Virus record (IMG/VR): IMGVR_UViG_3300020411_000002
From: a virus
Taxonomy: Duplodnaviria > Caudoviricetes
Strand: one strand, 5' to 3'
DNA: 64,000 bases
Positions 9,612 through 19,667 of this stretch are shown here, in pieces. The number at the start of each line of letters is the position of its first letter. Within the stretch, counting starts at the first letter, position 1. The position numbers and the translations under genes were made by a program. A model generated the notes under the pieces. That model did no database searches, was not told the origin of the DNA, and was given only the letters and a program-made list of their open reading frames with translations.

Positions 9612-10193
9612 TTATTCAGCAGGAGGTGTCTCTGGCTCGGCAGCAGGTGGAACAGGTTGTACATCAAATTGAATTACAACATCGTTCATTTTATGTCTGC
9701 GTGAAGTGCTGATTAGTGTATTTGCAATTTCCATATCCGACCCAGAGTCTACTGCACCTACTGTACCTACAACGTTCCAATAAGATACACTGTTAGTAGG
9801 GTTATTGTCTGGGTGTTGATACATCCAAAACCAAGTTGCCGTTTTATCGTCAGTAAGTCCGAAAGCAGTTTCATCACGTTGCGAAAACAAAAACTCTATT
9901 TGAGATTGCGTTACCAGTCGGCGCTGATTCATGTTATTGAACATGATATTCAAAAGCTCTGTATATCCAGCATTTGCGATAGCGTCTTTCATTTGACCTG
10001 CATACAACCAACCATCAGCATGGTAATTAGTTGTATCAGCAAGTGCTTGCATTTCTGCTTGCGTAGGAGGAGTACCGTCAAACAATATAACAGATATACT
10101 ATCGTTAGCGTTGCCGTAACACTCCCAATAGAGTTTAAGCAACATAGCCCTAAAGTCGTCATTAATTTCAATGTTCTGCATGTTTTTCTCCAA
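9612..10193 (-). CDS. Array paralogue, short form
   Basis: LFDGTPPTQAEM...ATWFW...GTVGAVDSGSDMEI. Confidence 0.7.
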   Translation of the reverse strand: MEKNMQNIEINDDFRAMLLKLYWECYGNANDSISVILFDGTPPTQAEMQALADTTNYHADGWLYAGQMKDAIANAGYTELLNIMFNNMNQRRLVTQSQIEFLFSQRDETAFGLTDDKTATWFWMYQHPDNNPTNSVSYWNVVGTVGAVDSGSDMEIANTLISTSRRHKMNDVVIQFDVQPVPPAAEPETPPAE

Positions 10194-10210
10194 ACTCGTT
10201 CATCTTTAAA

Positions 10211-11278
10211 TTAAAAAGTGTTGTCTATATCGATAAAGCCTCTTTGCAGTCGAGGTATATCTAAATTAGTCGCCTGTAGTGTATCAAACTCCAAGGGTGC
10301 GCCAGAGTTGTCTCCACTCTTACCTACGTTCAATAGCATAGCAGGATATCCTGGGTCTGGTTCAGCAAATGAACTAGCATATATCTTCTCATAGTAGCCA
10401 GAGTAAGTATCACGCTCAGGTAACATAAGAGCCCATGTAACAGTTCTTGAATCTTTACCCCAATCTGGTTCGTTTCCATAGAACTGAATTTGGTTCATAG
10501 CGAAAGTGCCGCCAGGTCCGTTACCAATTACCTTGAATCTGGTAGATATTATATCTGGAAATTCAAAATACATTTGAGTGCTATATACAGTATCATAAAG
10601 ATTATACTGGTCTACTGCTGTATACCAACCACCGTTACCGTCATTTAGTGTTTCGTCCCAAGCCTGTATAGTCCATAAGTTTGGTACGTTACCTGCGCTA
10701 GTCCAAGTCTTTAGAACCATTTGATTGATAGTTACAGGTTGGTCGTAAATAAACATGTGACCTGACGGACTAGAGTCATCAATAACTGAGCCGCCGTAGT
10801 TATTGATACTTTTTATTCGGTGTTCGTCATAGCGGCGAATCAATAAATCGTATCGATAAAGCCAGTGTGACTTACGTAGTGTATTTTCATCATCGTCATG
10901 AGAAGCTGGGTCTAGTAGTTGAGGTTCAAGTTCATCAGTCCAGTACTTTAGTGGAACACTACGTCTAGGTACTAGATGCCACTTGCGCCACTTAGGACTA
11001 AAGCCGTGTATATACGTTCCGAACTCCATGTCACCAGTAAGTGCCCAGTAATGTTTTGAATTTTCCGAAACTCTTTCTACATCAATCTGCTGGCTTGCAA
11101 CAGTATGCTTTTGCATTTCAAAAGGGTCTTTAATATCAAAAGGAAGATCGTTAATAGACTCAGGTGGCGTACCATCAAACAAGTGAAGCATAGCTGAACC
11201 TGTTTTCGGTGCATTAGTAGAAAACGCATAATAGAAAGCACTGATAGAAAAGCTTTCTTTAGAAGAAAATAAAAACAT
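10211..11278 (-). CDS. Array paralogue, long form with discoidin-like insert
   Basis: LFDGTPP...WDETLNDGNGGW...STRFKV...VTWAL. Confidence 0.7.
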   Translation of the reverse strand: MFLFSSKESFSISAFYYAFSTNAPKTGSAMLHLFDGTPPESINDLPFDIKDPFEMQKHTVASQQIDVERVSENSKHYWALTGDMEFGTYIHGFSPKWRKWHLVPRRSVPLKYWTDELEPQLLDPASHDDDENTLRKSHWLYRYDLLIRRYDEHRIKSINNYGGSVIDDSSPSGHMFIYDQPVTINQMVLKTWTSAGNVPNLWTIQAWDETLNDGNGGWYTAVDQYNLYDTVYSTQMYFEFPDIISTRFKVIGNGPGGTFAMNQIQFYGNEPDWGKDSRTVTWALMLPERDTYSGYYEKIYASSFAEPDPGYPAMLLNVGKSGDNSGAPLEFDTLQATNLDIPRLQRGFIDIDNTF

Positions 11279-11279
11279 G

Positions 11280-12410
11280 TTAACCCTCCGAGAACTTTAT
11301 GTTAAAGCTATTACATCTAACAATAGACCCACCATCTAGGTCTCTAGCTTTGTTTAGAATCAACATGTGGTTAGAGTCTGTTATGTCTCCTACGCTACAC
11401 ATCAAAATAGGAAGTCTACCTACTTGGGTCTCGCTGGAAGTATACACTCTTGGGAAATCATCAGTGCGATTTTCGTATGCATGTGGATAAACAAGAGCCC
11501 AAGTAATATCGTGAGTATCTTGTGCGTCATCAGGTTCAACACTAGACAACAAAGATATATGCTTGATATGCCAACTATATCTACCTGTATTTACCCCACT
11601 AACTTTAAACTTACGTGCAGTTACTTGTGGAATGTCCACAATTATATCTGACTCTACGTTAAAAGAAACTACAGATTCATCGTTGCGCCAGTGTTCTACC
11701 CACACAGAATTGGTTTCGTCCCAAACTTCAACAACTACAACACCGCTGGTATAAGGGGTTGAGCCGTGCGAATACACTTCTAACTTATCTACTGTTACAT
11801 CTTTACCGAAATCCATATATAGGCCAGTATCGTCGGAGAATGCGTATCGCCCACCAAAGTTTAATCCGTAATTAGCCCAAGTATCACCTTGGATGCCTGG
11901 AGTTCCTATATAACGCTCGTTGTAATAAGAATATGAACCGAAATAAGTTATCCAGCGGTGATGTTGAACTTCATTTAACGACAACTCATTTTCAGATCCA
12001 GGTTTAAGCGAGTATCTATCAGATGCATCCGCTCTATCAGGATTTGCTTCTAGATAATCAGTATGCAGTTCATACCTGCCTTGTGTCTTGGCATAAAGTC
12101 TCCAACATTTACGACGAAGATCCCAATGTGAAGATTTTACAGGAACTACGTTTAAGCTATGAAAAGATTCATGCGTATCGGCATTAGGTAATTCTCGAAC
12201 TTTACCAGATATCATAACTTGTGCAATACTGTTTCTATCAGTATCGTAAACGTTTTGAATATCCCAAGGAATTTCTTCTAGCGACTGAGGAACAGGACCA
12301 GAAAAAAGATAAACGTAGCTACGATCCCTACCTCCGGCGGTAGAATCATACGAAGTAAAGAACCTTGAAAAGGAATACGCGAAGCTACTTTTTGAACTAA
12401 AGGTAAACAT
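11280..12410 (-). CDS. Array paralogue, long form with discoidin-like insert
   Basis: LFSGPVP...WDETNSVW...ARKFKV...ITWAL. Confidence 0.7.
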   Translation of the reverse strand: MFTFSSKSSFAYSFSRFFTSYDSTAGGRDRSYVYLFSGPVPQSLEEIPWDIQNVYDTDRNSIAQVMISGKVRELPNADTHESFHSLNVVPVKSSHWDLRRKCWRLYAKTQGRYELHTDYLEANPDRADASDRYSLKPGSENELSLNEVQHHRWITYFGSYSYYNERYIGTPGIQGDTWANYGLNFGGRYAFSDDTGLYMDFGKDVTVDKLEVYSHGSTPYTSGVVVVEVWDETNSVWVEHWRNDESVVSFNVESDIIVDIPQVTARKFKVSGVNTGRYSWHIKHISLLSSVEPDDAQDTHDITWALVYPHAYENRTDDFPRVYTSSETQVGRLPILMCSVGDITDSNHMLILNKARDLDGGSIVRCNSFNIKFSEG

Positions 12411-12412
12411 AA

Positions 12413-13486
12413 TTACTCCAAAAACAGTTTCAAAGAAGTAGGTTCAATCTTTTGTTTTGCACCTATGTCCGTAGCTTTTTCTACAAACAGTGTTCCAAAA
12501 GAATCATTATCCCCTACAGTCATTGCCAGCAAAGGACAATTACTTTGTGTGCTATAGTCTGCATGTATGTTATACATATCAAAATCAGTACCACTATATC
12601 TATTATAGACACCGTTCCAGTAAGGCAGCATTATACACCAACGAACTGTTTTGGTAGTATCAATATTGACAGGCTCTGCATTGGTATAAAACGTTAGATA
12701 CTTTAATATCCAACCGTAATAACCTGTGTCTCCCGGTACAAGTCGAATCGTCTTAGCAACTACAGGATTAGCGAGAGCAACAAATGATTTATCATTGCCG
12801 CCTGGATACGACACACGTTCCGCTCTGTCCCACTCTTGGGTGTCTTCGTTAAACACATCTAAGTCAAAGTATGAGTTATCGTAACGAGAGCCTGAATGAG
12901 TTTGATGAATACCTACGTGTGAAATAGTCTGCTCCGTTTCAAACTCTACAACAAATGGGTCGTTGTATGCATATCGATTAGGAGATACATAGAACTGACT
13001 TGCACTATTGCCTTCTACATAATCGTCAGGGTCTAAACTCATAGCCAAGAAAGTAGGTACTATAGTTCTAAATCCAGAGAATTGATCTTCTGTGGTTAGC
13101 GTACCTGCTCTTTCTTTTTGCCAGTTTTCCTCGTTCACTACTAAACGTGGGAAAATGCGCCAAACACTATTCGCTTCGTCTAGATAAGGAATGTTGATAA
13201 GGCTAGCCTGGTCAACTGAACCATCACCTCTTACCAGATAAGGGTCTAGTTCGAAAGCACCACTGTCTGAGTGGTACGTTATGTTTGAGTGCGTGTGTGC
13301 GCAACTATTTCTGACTATATCAAAAATGTTCTTGGTATCAAAAGGCGCTTGTGCTAAAGAGCTAGGTGGTTCACTGTCAAAGTAGAAAATCATACCTCGA
13401 CCACCACCGCTTTGCGCTTCTGCTTTTCCTAAGAATATTTCCGACATAGAGTGCATCTGTGCATGTTGATGTTTAAATAAATACAC
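12413..13486 (-). CDS. Array paralogue, long form with discoidin-like insert
   Basis: YFDSEPP...FNEDTQEW...AKTIRL...VRWCI. Confidence 0.7.
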   Translation of the reverse strand: MYLFKHQHAQMHSMSEIFLGKAEAQSGGGRGMIFYFDSEPPSSLAQAPFDTKNIFDIVRNSCAHTHSNITYHSDSGAFELDPYLVRGDGSVDQASLINIPYLDEANSVWRIFPRLVVNEENWQKERAGTLTTEDQFSGFRTIVPTFLAMSLDPDDYVEGNSASQFYVSPNRYAYNDPFVVEFETEQTISHVGIHQTHSGSRYDNSYFDLDVFNEDTQEWDRAERVSYPGGNDKSFVALANPVVAKTIRLVPGDTGYYGWILKYLTFYTNAEPVNIDTTKTVRWCIMLPYWNGVYNRYSGTDFDMYNIHADYSTQSNCPLLAMTVGDNDSFGTLFVEKATDIGAKQKIEPTSLKLFLE

Positions 13487-13497
13487 AAGTTACCTCT

Positions 13498-14859
13498 TTA
13501 TTCTTTAACTATAAATAAACCATCGCTAGTATAAACCTGGGCTAAGTTACCTGACCTACGATAATCGAAGTAATAATATCGATAGTAGTCCCTAGGTCCT
13601 GCCATCATTAAACTAGTTCCTTCGTCTGCTGAGTAACTGCCGTACCCACTATAGCCGTAAGCATCATGTAATGTCCTACCAAAGTCACGATACCATAAGT
13701 CTAGTTTTTCTCTACTAAATGTACCAGTAGGTCCGTTACCTGCATAGTCTGCTTCTTCCTCTGCAAACCAAGACAGTAAAGCTTGAACCTCATCTTGAGT
13801 AGCCAGACGGTGGTTTGCAAATTCAGGTCTGTCGGTATCTAAAAACTCTTGAATACTCATTTCTCTAGTATGGTAAAGCTTCAACCAAGTTAAGCCTACA
13901 TGCGTAGAGTACTGAGCGTCTGAGAATAGAGTTTCTTTTGGATACAAAGGAGTTTGGACAATGTAGTCAGGCTCAATGCCTTTACGTACAAGCATAACAC
14001 CAGTATCAGATCTAGAATACGTTATGTCTTGGTCGTATCTCCAATCAAAGACACTTCCATTAGACCAGTAACCCCCTCCACCTAATTTCTCACTTTGCTC
14101 TGAGTTAGGTTGATCTCTGGAAAACTCATACCACCAGCCGTATGCAGGTCCACCTAAATATTCTCTTAAAGCGTTATCAATTTCAGTAGGATAACTACGA
14201 GATATAGCAGGAGATCCACAGATAGAGTCAAACAGAGTAGCAGAAGGGTCAACAGATCTAATTATGTTATTTATAAACGTAATAGCTTCGTAGTTGTTAG
14301 CTACTCTCCAACCTGAGAACATTGGGTCATCTTCAACTTCTTGTATACTCTTGCCGTTAGTTTCGCTAAGTTTCAACCACTCTAGACCAGTATAGTGATC
14401 GGCTGTTATTAAAGCGTCACCTCCTCCTATCATGTCTCTGTGTGTAATGCCTTCATCAAGTTCTACGTTAGTCGAGGGCTCTTCAATAGTTAAAAGATAT
14501 TGATGATCAGTTAACGTATAAGGACTATCTACCTCGAACAAAGCAAATAAAACATCAAGTCCGCTGCTTTTAAAATTTAGACTGCAAGAATCTAAGTCAA
14601 CTGTAGCAGGAATACTTAAAGTGAAAACAGGTTCAGCATACAAGTAATATTTAGAACTGTCTGTTAAGTCACTAGGTATAGAACCTGATATAGTTTTAGG
14701 TTTAAATATTTGAGATACATCAGACTCTTTTACCAATATGTTATCGAATGTACCTTTTTCAGTAGTTACTTTTATGTCTATTTTGGCAGGATACGGGTAT
14801 ATCCTGCCTGGGTCTCCAAACGCACTATAAATAGTGTCTACGGAAAGTAGCTTACTCAT
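13498..14859 (-). CDS. Putative adhesin with two tandem C-type-lectin-like (DUF1566/Lcl-like) domains
   Basis: Repeats TGLEWLKL..T...SIQE..GWR.A...E / VGLTWLKL..T...SIQE...HRLA...EV, ending GVMLVRK and GLFIVKE. Confidence 0.55.
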   Translation of the reverse strand: MSKLLSVDTIYSAFGDPGRIYPYPAKIDIKVTTEKGTFDNILVKESDVSQIFKPKTISGSIPSDLTDSSKYYLYAEPVFTLSIPATVDLDSCSLNFKSSGLDVLFALFEVDSPYTLTDHQYLLTIEEPSTNVELDEGITHRDMIGGGDALITADHYTGLEWLKLSETNGKSIQEVEDDPMFSGWRVANNYEAITFINNIIRSVDPSATLFDSICGSPAISRSYPTEIDNALREYLGGPAYGWWYEFSRDQPNSEQSEKLGGGGYWSNGSVFDWRYDQDITYSRSDTGVMLVRKGIEPDYIVQTPLYPKETLFSDAQYSTHVGLTWLKLYHTREMSIQEFLDTDRPEFANHRLATQDEVQALLSWFAEEEADYAGNGPTGTFSREKLDLWYRDFGRTLHDAYGYSGYGSYSADEGTSLMMAGPRDYYRYYYFDYRRSGNLAQVYTSDGLFIVKE

Positions 14860-15396
14860 TTACATCACCAATAAATCACCTACGTCAATACTTAGACTGG
14901 ATGGGAAAATTAAGTCTTGGTCTGTAAGATTTAATTTAACTAGCTGCATATCTCCGCCTTCACCCATAAGACTTACTGCACCTGTGAATGCATAGTGCTG
15001 ATTATCAAGAGAAGCCGACATTGACCGTATAGCAAACCAACTAGCAGTACCAGAATTAAACTGATTTTGTGCGTGTGCGTCTTTGGTGTAATCAGCTCGG
15101 TCTCGTTGATTAAACTTAAAAGATACCACGTTATCTTCGATAGAGATATTTTTAGAAAAATCGTTTAAGACAAAACGGCGAATTATATCCATACTTCTAT
15201 TAGAAGTGAAGGCATCCCACTTAGAAGGGTCAATCCATCCAGTTCCATCTGGTAGGTAAATGTTTGAAAGTTCTAATTCAGATTTAGTAGGAAGAGTACC
15301 AGCATAAATATCTAGTATCATTGAGTGACCTAAGTCCTGACCAAATCTATTTTGCAAAGAGAAATTTAATATATCACTAGTTGCAAGAATAGTCAT
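14860..15396 (-). CDS. Array paralogue, short form
   Basis: IYAGTLPTKSEL...ASWFAI...GAVSLMGEGGDMQL. Confidence 0.7.
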   Translation of the reverse strand: MTILATSDILNFSLQNRFGQDLGHSMILDIYAGTLPTKSELELSNIYLPDGTGWIDPSKWDAFTSNRSMDIIRRFVLNDFSKNISIEDNVVSFKFNQRDRADYTKDAHAQNQFNSGTASWFAIRSMSASLDNQHYAFTGAVSLMGEGGDMQLVKLNLTDQDLIFPSSLSIDVGDLLVM

Positions 15397-15938
15397 TACG
15401 CAATCCTACCATTGATAGAGAAGTTTAAAGTAATATCACTGAGCTTGAAAGGTATAGAAGGGTCAAGCTCAACATTAGACAGTTCCATATCAGCACCAGA
15501 GCCTACAGCACCAATACTTCCAGCAACGGCCCAATAACTAGTGGTGTTCTGAAACATTGCTGATGCAGCACCGTATTGGATAAAGAACCAACCTGCTGTA
15601 CCGGCTACATCCGGGTTGAAACGCTCACTACGTTTAGAAAAATACATACGAACTTTCTCAGGCTCTAGATGCTCTTGATACACGAAGTTGATATAAGAAC
15701 CAGTTAAAAGAACTGTATTTCCAGAACCGAGTGCTTCCATGTTGGTACGAAAGGATGCATTGAAATAAGGCCAACCGTGCGCATGATAACTATCTACACA
15801 GCCAAGTAAGTCTTCTTTACTTGGCAGAGAGCCTTGCATAATAGCAAAAGTTATTTCATCGTTTCTATTAGTACTATCTGCGAACATTGTTTTCAACAAA
15901 GAAGATTTGAATGAGTTATTAGGTATAATTTTAGGCAT
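15396..15938 (-). CDS. Array paralogue, short form
   Basis: IMQGSLPSKEDL...AGWFFI...GSIGAVGSGADMEL. Confidence 0.7.
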   Translation of the reverse strand: MPKIIPNNSFKSSLLKTMFADSTNRNDEITFAIMQGSLPSKEDLLGCVDSYHAHGWPYFNASFRTNMEALGSGNTVLLTGSYINFVYQEHLEPEKVRMYFSKRSERFNPDVAGTAGWFFIQYGAASAMFQNTTSYWAVAGSIGAVGSGADMELSNVELDPSIPFKLSDITLNFSINGRIA

Positions 15939-15948
15939 TGCTGTTACC

Positions 15949-17184
15949 TCAAGCGTCTGTAAAGTCTAAAATGAAATTGGCAAGTTCAGGCACTTGACCC
16001 GGTTTAATGTTACGTGCTTTGGTTAGAGTTACCGCAGCATCTTTGTTCGGTCCGTCTACATCTACGAGAAGTAAAGGAATTGGAAGTTTGCTTACTTCTG
16101 GACTTTCAACAAGATTTTGGTCAGTGAACCAAGCTTCTTTTACGTCATCAGAGGCATAGTAATCACGATACATAAAGTCATCAAAAGAGAAAGCTCTATC
16201 GTGATAAGGAAGAATAAGGCCCCAAGTTATATCAGTATCAACAGGCATTGTAGGAGGAGGAGTAGAACTTAACAGTCTTACGTATCCAAAGTTCATATCG
16301 TAATAACCCGAATCGTTAAAAGTAAGTCTAAACGCTTTACCCGTTACAATAGTTTCAAGCTCAATGTACTGAGCTTTACTGTCAACACCGTTTTCTTCAA
16401 GGTCAACACGTTGAGTACTAGTCCAATCTCCATTTCCATCATTTAAGGTCTCGTCCCAAACTTCAACGTCTACCTGAGAACTTGAGTATCTGTTATCTGA
16501 GAAATCGCCTCTGTAGTATTCTAAGGCGTCTACTTCAATAGCTTCATCAAATTCTAGTATTAAAGGATAATCTTGGGCACCGCGTGGACTGTATCTGCTA
16601 TAGTAACTGTAATCTCTACCGTTAGTAGCGTTACTGTCCTGCGGCTGATCTGAGCGATTACGGTCGCGGAAACGATTTAGATTCCAGTAATAACGCATAC
16701 CTAGCATTATATAGTTGTACCTGAACTCGGTATGAATCATAGAGCTGTGGTTATACTCTACACGTTGAGCAGGCGAAGAAGAAGTGGTTAAGTTTTTAGA
16801 TCTAATGTTGTCTAAAGTACCTGACTTCCAATCCTTCCATGCTTCTTCACGCAACATTACGCGTGGATAAAAAGACCACTTGTTGTAGTTCAAATCCAAG
16901 TAAGGTTGCTTGGGCGTAAGATACGTTCTAGTATGACCAGCCATAAACGAATCAGACGTAGGTTCTGTTTCTAGTTTATTCATAGTCATTGAGATACCAA
17001 CTTCTGCTTGCGCATACATTTCTAACAAATCACTTTGGTCGAAAGGCAAAGAGTCTAAGTCAGTAGGAACAGGGCCTTTAAAACCAAGAAAGAATAAATC
17101 ACATGCGTATAATCCTCTATTGTCATTAAGACCTGAATAGCAAAAGCTGTGTGCAAAAGTAATTGAAGGTTTAAGTGTATACAT
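15949..17184 (-). CDS. Array paralogue, long form with discoidin-like insert
   Basis: FKGPVP...WDETLNDGNGDW...GKAFRL...ITWGLI. Confidence 0.7.
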   Translation of the reverse strand: MYTLKPSITFAHSFCYSGLNDNRGLYACDLFFLGFKGPVPTDLDSLPFDQSDLLEMYAQAEVGISMTMNKLETEPTSDSFMAGHTRTYLTPKQPYLDLNYNKWSFYPRVMLREEAWKDWKSGTLDNIRSKNLTTSSSPAQRVEYNHSSMIHTEFRYNYIMLGMRYYWNLNRFRDRNRSDQPQDSNATNGRDYSYYSRYSPRGAQDYPLILEFDEAIEVDALEYYRGDFSDNRYSSSQVDVEVWDETLNDGNGDWTSTQRVDLEENGVDSKAQYIELETIVTGKAFRLTFNDSGYYDMNFGYVRLLSSTPPPTMPVDTDITWGLILPYHDRAFSFDDFMYRDYYASDDVKEAWFTDQNLVESPEVSKLPIPLLLVDVDGPNKDAAVTLTKARNIKPGQVPELANFILDFTDA

Positions 17185-18311
17185 TATTCACTTCCCAAAA
17201 GCTTCAAGTTAAAATCTAAAATCTGAACCTCACTTAGTGCTTCCAGACCTCGGCTCTTGTTTAAGGTAACTGCACAACCATCACCAGATTCTCCTACGTC
17301 TAAGAATAGAAAAGGATAGCCTTCACGATTCCATAGAGTAGATTCTGTTTCAAAAGAGCCGTATCTAATATTGGGAGAGTCATAGATGTTGGTGGCGTTT
17401 GTATAAGAAAGAGCAGCCCATGTAATATCTACAGGTCCAGTACCGTAAGTAGGTTCTGTACTTGAACATAGGTGGATAAAGAGCAAATACGGGTGATACC
17501 CGCCTGTGTCGGACATGCGTAACTTGAATTTCTTTGCAGTGTAAGACTGAGAAAAAGAAACCAACTGCGCCTGTGATGTACCTTTAGTTACAGATAGTCT
17601 TTCCATATCTACCCAAACTTCATCTACTTCGTTCCAATATTGGAAGTCGTAGTGCTCACTTGCGTAAGCGGTCCCTGTAGAACCTAAAGCCAAGAACATA
17701 CTATCTACAGTAACAGCCTGGTCATACGTAAATACCATTGGGAATCTATAAGGGTATCTAGATAACTTGGTGTTAAAGTTATCAGTCTTGTACCAGCGTT
17801 GTCTAGGAGAGTAACGCAATACATCAAGATTGTACGCATCCCGCATTTCATTCATTTCCCAAACTAGGCTTCGAGAAAGACCGTCAGTGCCTTCGCCTTG
17901 TAGGTCTCCAGGCTCTACGTTCTCTAACCACTTAGCTGTGCCTTCATGAGTTCTAGAAAGCGTTAGCAAAGAGTGTGAAAGAATCCACTTTTGCATTGCA
18001 GGTACAAACTTGTGACGTTTAACCGTTATCCAGTTTTCCACATTACTGTAATTGAATTGAGAAACACCGGGTTTATCTAAAATAGGATCGCCGTTAAGCT
18101 GACTCATTGCTATGCTGTTTCGAGAGAACTCAGCAAAGTTAGTCTGCATTTCTATTGGAACGTCTTGTACTGAGTTTGGCACATCACCTGTAAAGAAGTA
18201 CAGTACAGTGTTATGATTGTAGTTCGATACGTAGTTTGCAAAGTTATTGGTAAAACTATGACCTAAAGCCATTTGTGAAATTAAGCTATACATGTTAGTC
18301 CTTAAATACAA
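17184..18311 (-). CDS. Array paralogue, long form with discoidin-like insert
   Basis: FFTGDVP...WNEVDEVW...AKKFKL...ITWAAL. Confidence 0.7.
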   Translation of the reverse strand: MYLRTNMYSLISQMALGHSFTNNFANYVSNYNHNTVLYFFTGDVPNSVQDVPIEMQTNFAEFSRNSIAMSQLNGDPILDKPGVSQFNYSNVENWITVKRHKFVPAMQKWILSHSLLTLSRTHEGTAKWLENVEPGDLQGEGTDGLSRSLVWEMNEMRDAYNLDVLRYSPRQRWYKTDNFNTKLSRYPYRFPMVFTYDQAVTVDSMFLALGSTGTAYASEHYDFQYWNEVDEVWVDMERLSVTKGTSQAQLVSFSQSYTAKKFKLRMSDTGGYHPYLLFIHLCSSTEPTYGTGPVDITWAALSYTNATNIYDSPNIRYGSFETESTLWNREGYPFLFLDVGESGDGCAVTLNKSRGLEALSEVQILDFNLKLLGSE

Positions 18312-19659
18312 GATTGAACTTTACTAACCCAGGCGTTTGTCCTGTAATTAGGCTCAGATTGTCTACTTCGATACTATCAGTTTCTGTAGTACCTACATCA
18401 CACAATATATAAGGAGTGAAGCCTCTAGAAGCTGTTAGAATTCTATCTTGTTGAGTTTCGAAATCCTCTGTAGGAATAATCATTGCCCACTGTATAGTCT
18501 CTAAAGACTCTGACGTATAGATAGGTTCAGCTTTAGAATAAGCAGACATGTGATTAATCGACCAATGTGGATCTCCACTGTATATGACAGTCTGTTTCAT
18601 TAGGCCATCAATGCATACAATTCTAACAAAGCTTTCTACCATTACTGGATCTATCTCTTTGCTAATGAAGCCTTCACCAGAAATAGAGTAAGTGTTACCT
18701 ATATCCCAAGTGTTACTTTCTGTATTCCATACGTCTACTCTAAAAGTTTCGCATGATGTGCTGTAAAGAGAGTTACCGCTCCAATGGGCTTGCTTTTGTC
18801 GAGAGTCAATTAAACGCTGGCGTAAAGATATAGCGCTCAGTATGATAGGCACTTCTGTTTCTGGAATATCATGTTTCTTGAAAGAAGTAAAATCTTCAAT
18901 AGTACCTGCATCGACCCAATATCCATTGTTATAAATATCGTCGTTTTTAAGTACATATATAGAAACGATTTCAGTACCACCAGCAACTAAATCAACTGCG
19001 TAATCTAATACAGAAACTACATTGCCTAATTCGTCGGCACTAGCAGTCTCTTGCTCAAAAGAATACGTTGACTGGTACGTACCTGAATCCAATGTGCTTA
19101 AATGGTGTTCGAATACAGTATCTAATAAAGACTGTTCTGACATTGTAGGTACGTAGTAATAAAGACGAGAGTTAAACAGTTGCTTAGTTCCAGAGAAGTC
19201 TAGTACTACACTGCTGTCTTCTCTACCTACACGTAAGAAGGCAGAATCTGCGATAGAGTTTTTGAATCCGTAGTCATATTCCACCTGGGCCCAAGTAGAT
19301 ATTGCACTTGTAAAAACAGGCATATCGTTATTTAGAATCTCGGTAGTGTAGAAGTTCTTGTACGGAACTTTTGAAAAGTTTTCTTGTGTAAGTCCTTCAC
19401 CTGTTTCTGGTATTGACTCTATCGTATTAGATAGAGATACACTGACAGTGGACTCGCCGGGCAAGCTCTGTGTTTGAAAATCGTTTAATCCAATAGCCCA
19501 ACTATGAACATGTTGAGAAATATCAACAATATCCAAAGGATTAAAAGGGAGCGATTGTAAGTCAGAAGGCATTTGTGACGCAAAGAAAAATACTTGATAC
19601 TTCAAGCCTACTTCGCTCATGCCTTCTGACATTATGTTTGAAATATTAATACCTTGCAT
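18295..19659 (-). CDS. Array paralogue, long form with enlarged insert
   Basis: FFFASQMP...WNTESNTW...IQWAMI; 454 aa. Confidence 0.65.
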   Translation of the reverse strand: MQGINISNIMSEGMSEVGLKYQVFFFASQMPSDLQSLPFNPLDIVDISQHVHSWAIGLNDFQTQSLPGESTVSVSLSNTIESIPETGEGLTQENFSKVPYKNFYTTEILNNDMPVFTSAISTWAQVEYDYGFKNSIADSAFLRVGREDSSVVLDFSGTKQLFNSRLYYYVPTMSEQSLLDTVFEHHLSTLDSGTYQSTYSFEQETASADELGNVVSVLDYAVDLVAGGTEIVSIYVLKNDDIYNNGYWVDAGTIEDFTSFKKHDIPETEVPIILSAISLRQRLIDSRQKQAHWSGNSLYSTSCETFRVDVWNTESNTWDIGNTYSISGEGFISKEIDPVMVESFVRIVCIDGLMKQTVIYSGDPHWSINHMSAYSKAEPIYTSESLETIQWAMIIPTEDFETQQDRILTASRGFTPYILCDVGTTETDSIEVDNLSLITGQTPGLVKFNLVFKD

Positions 19660-19667
19660 GTTATTTC

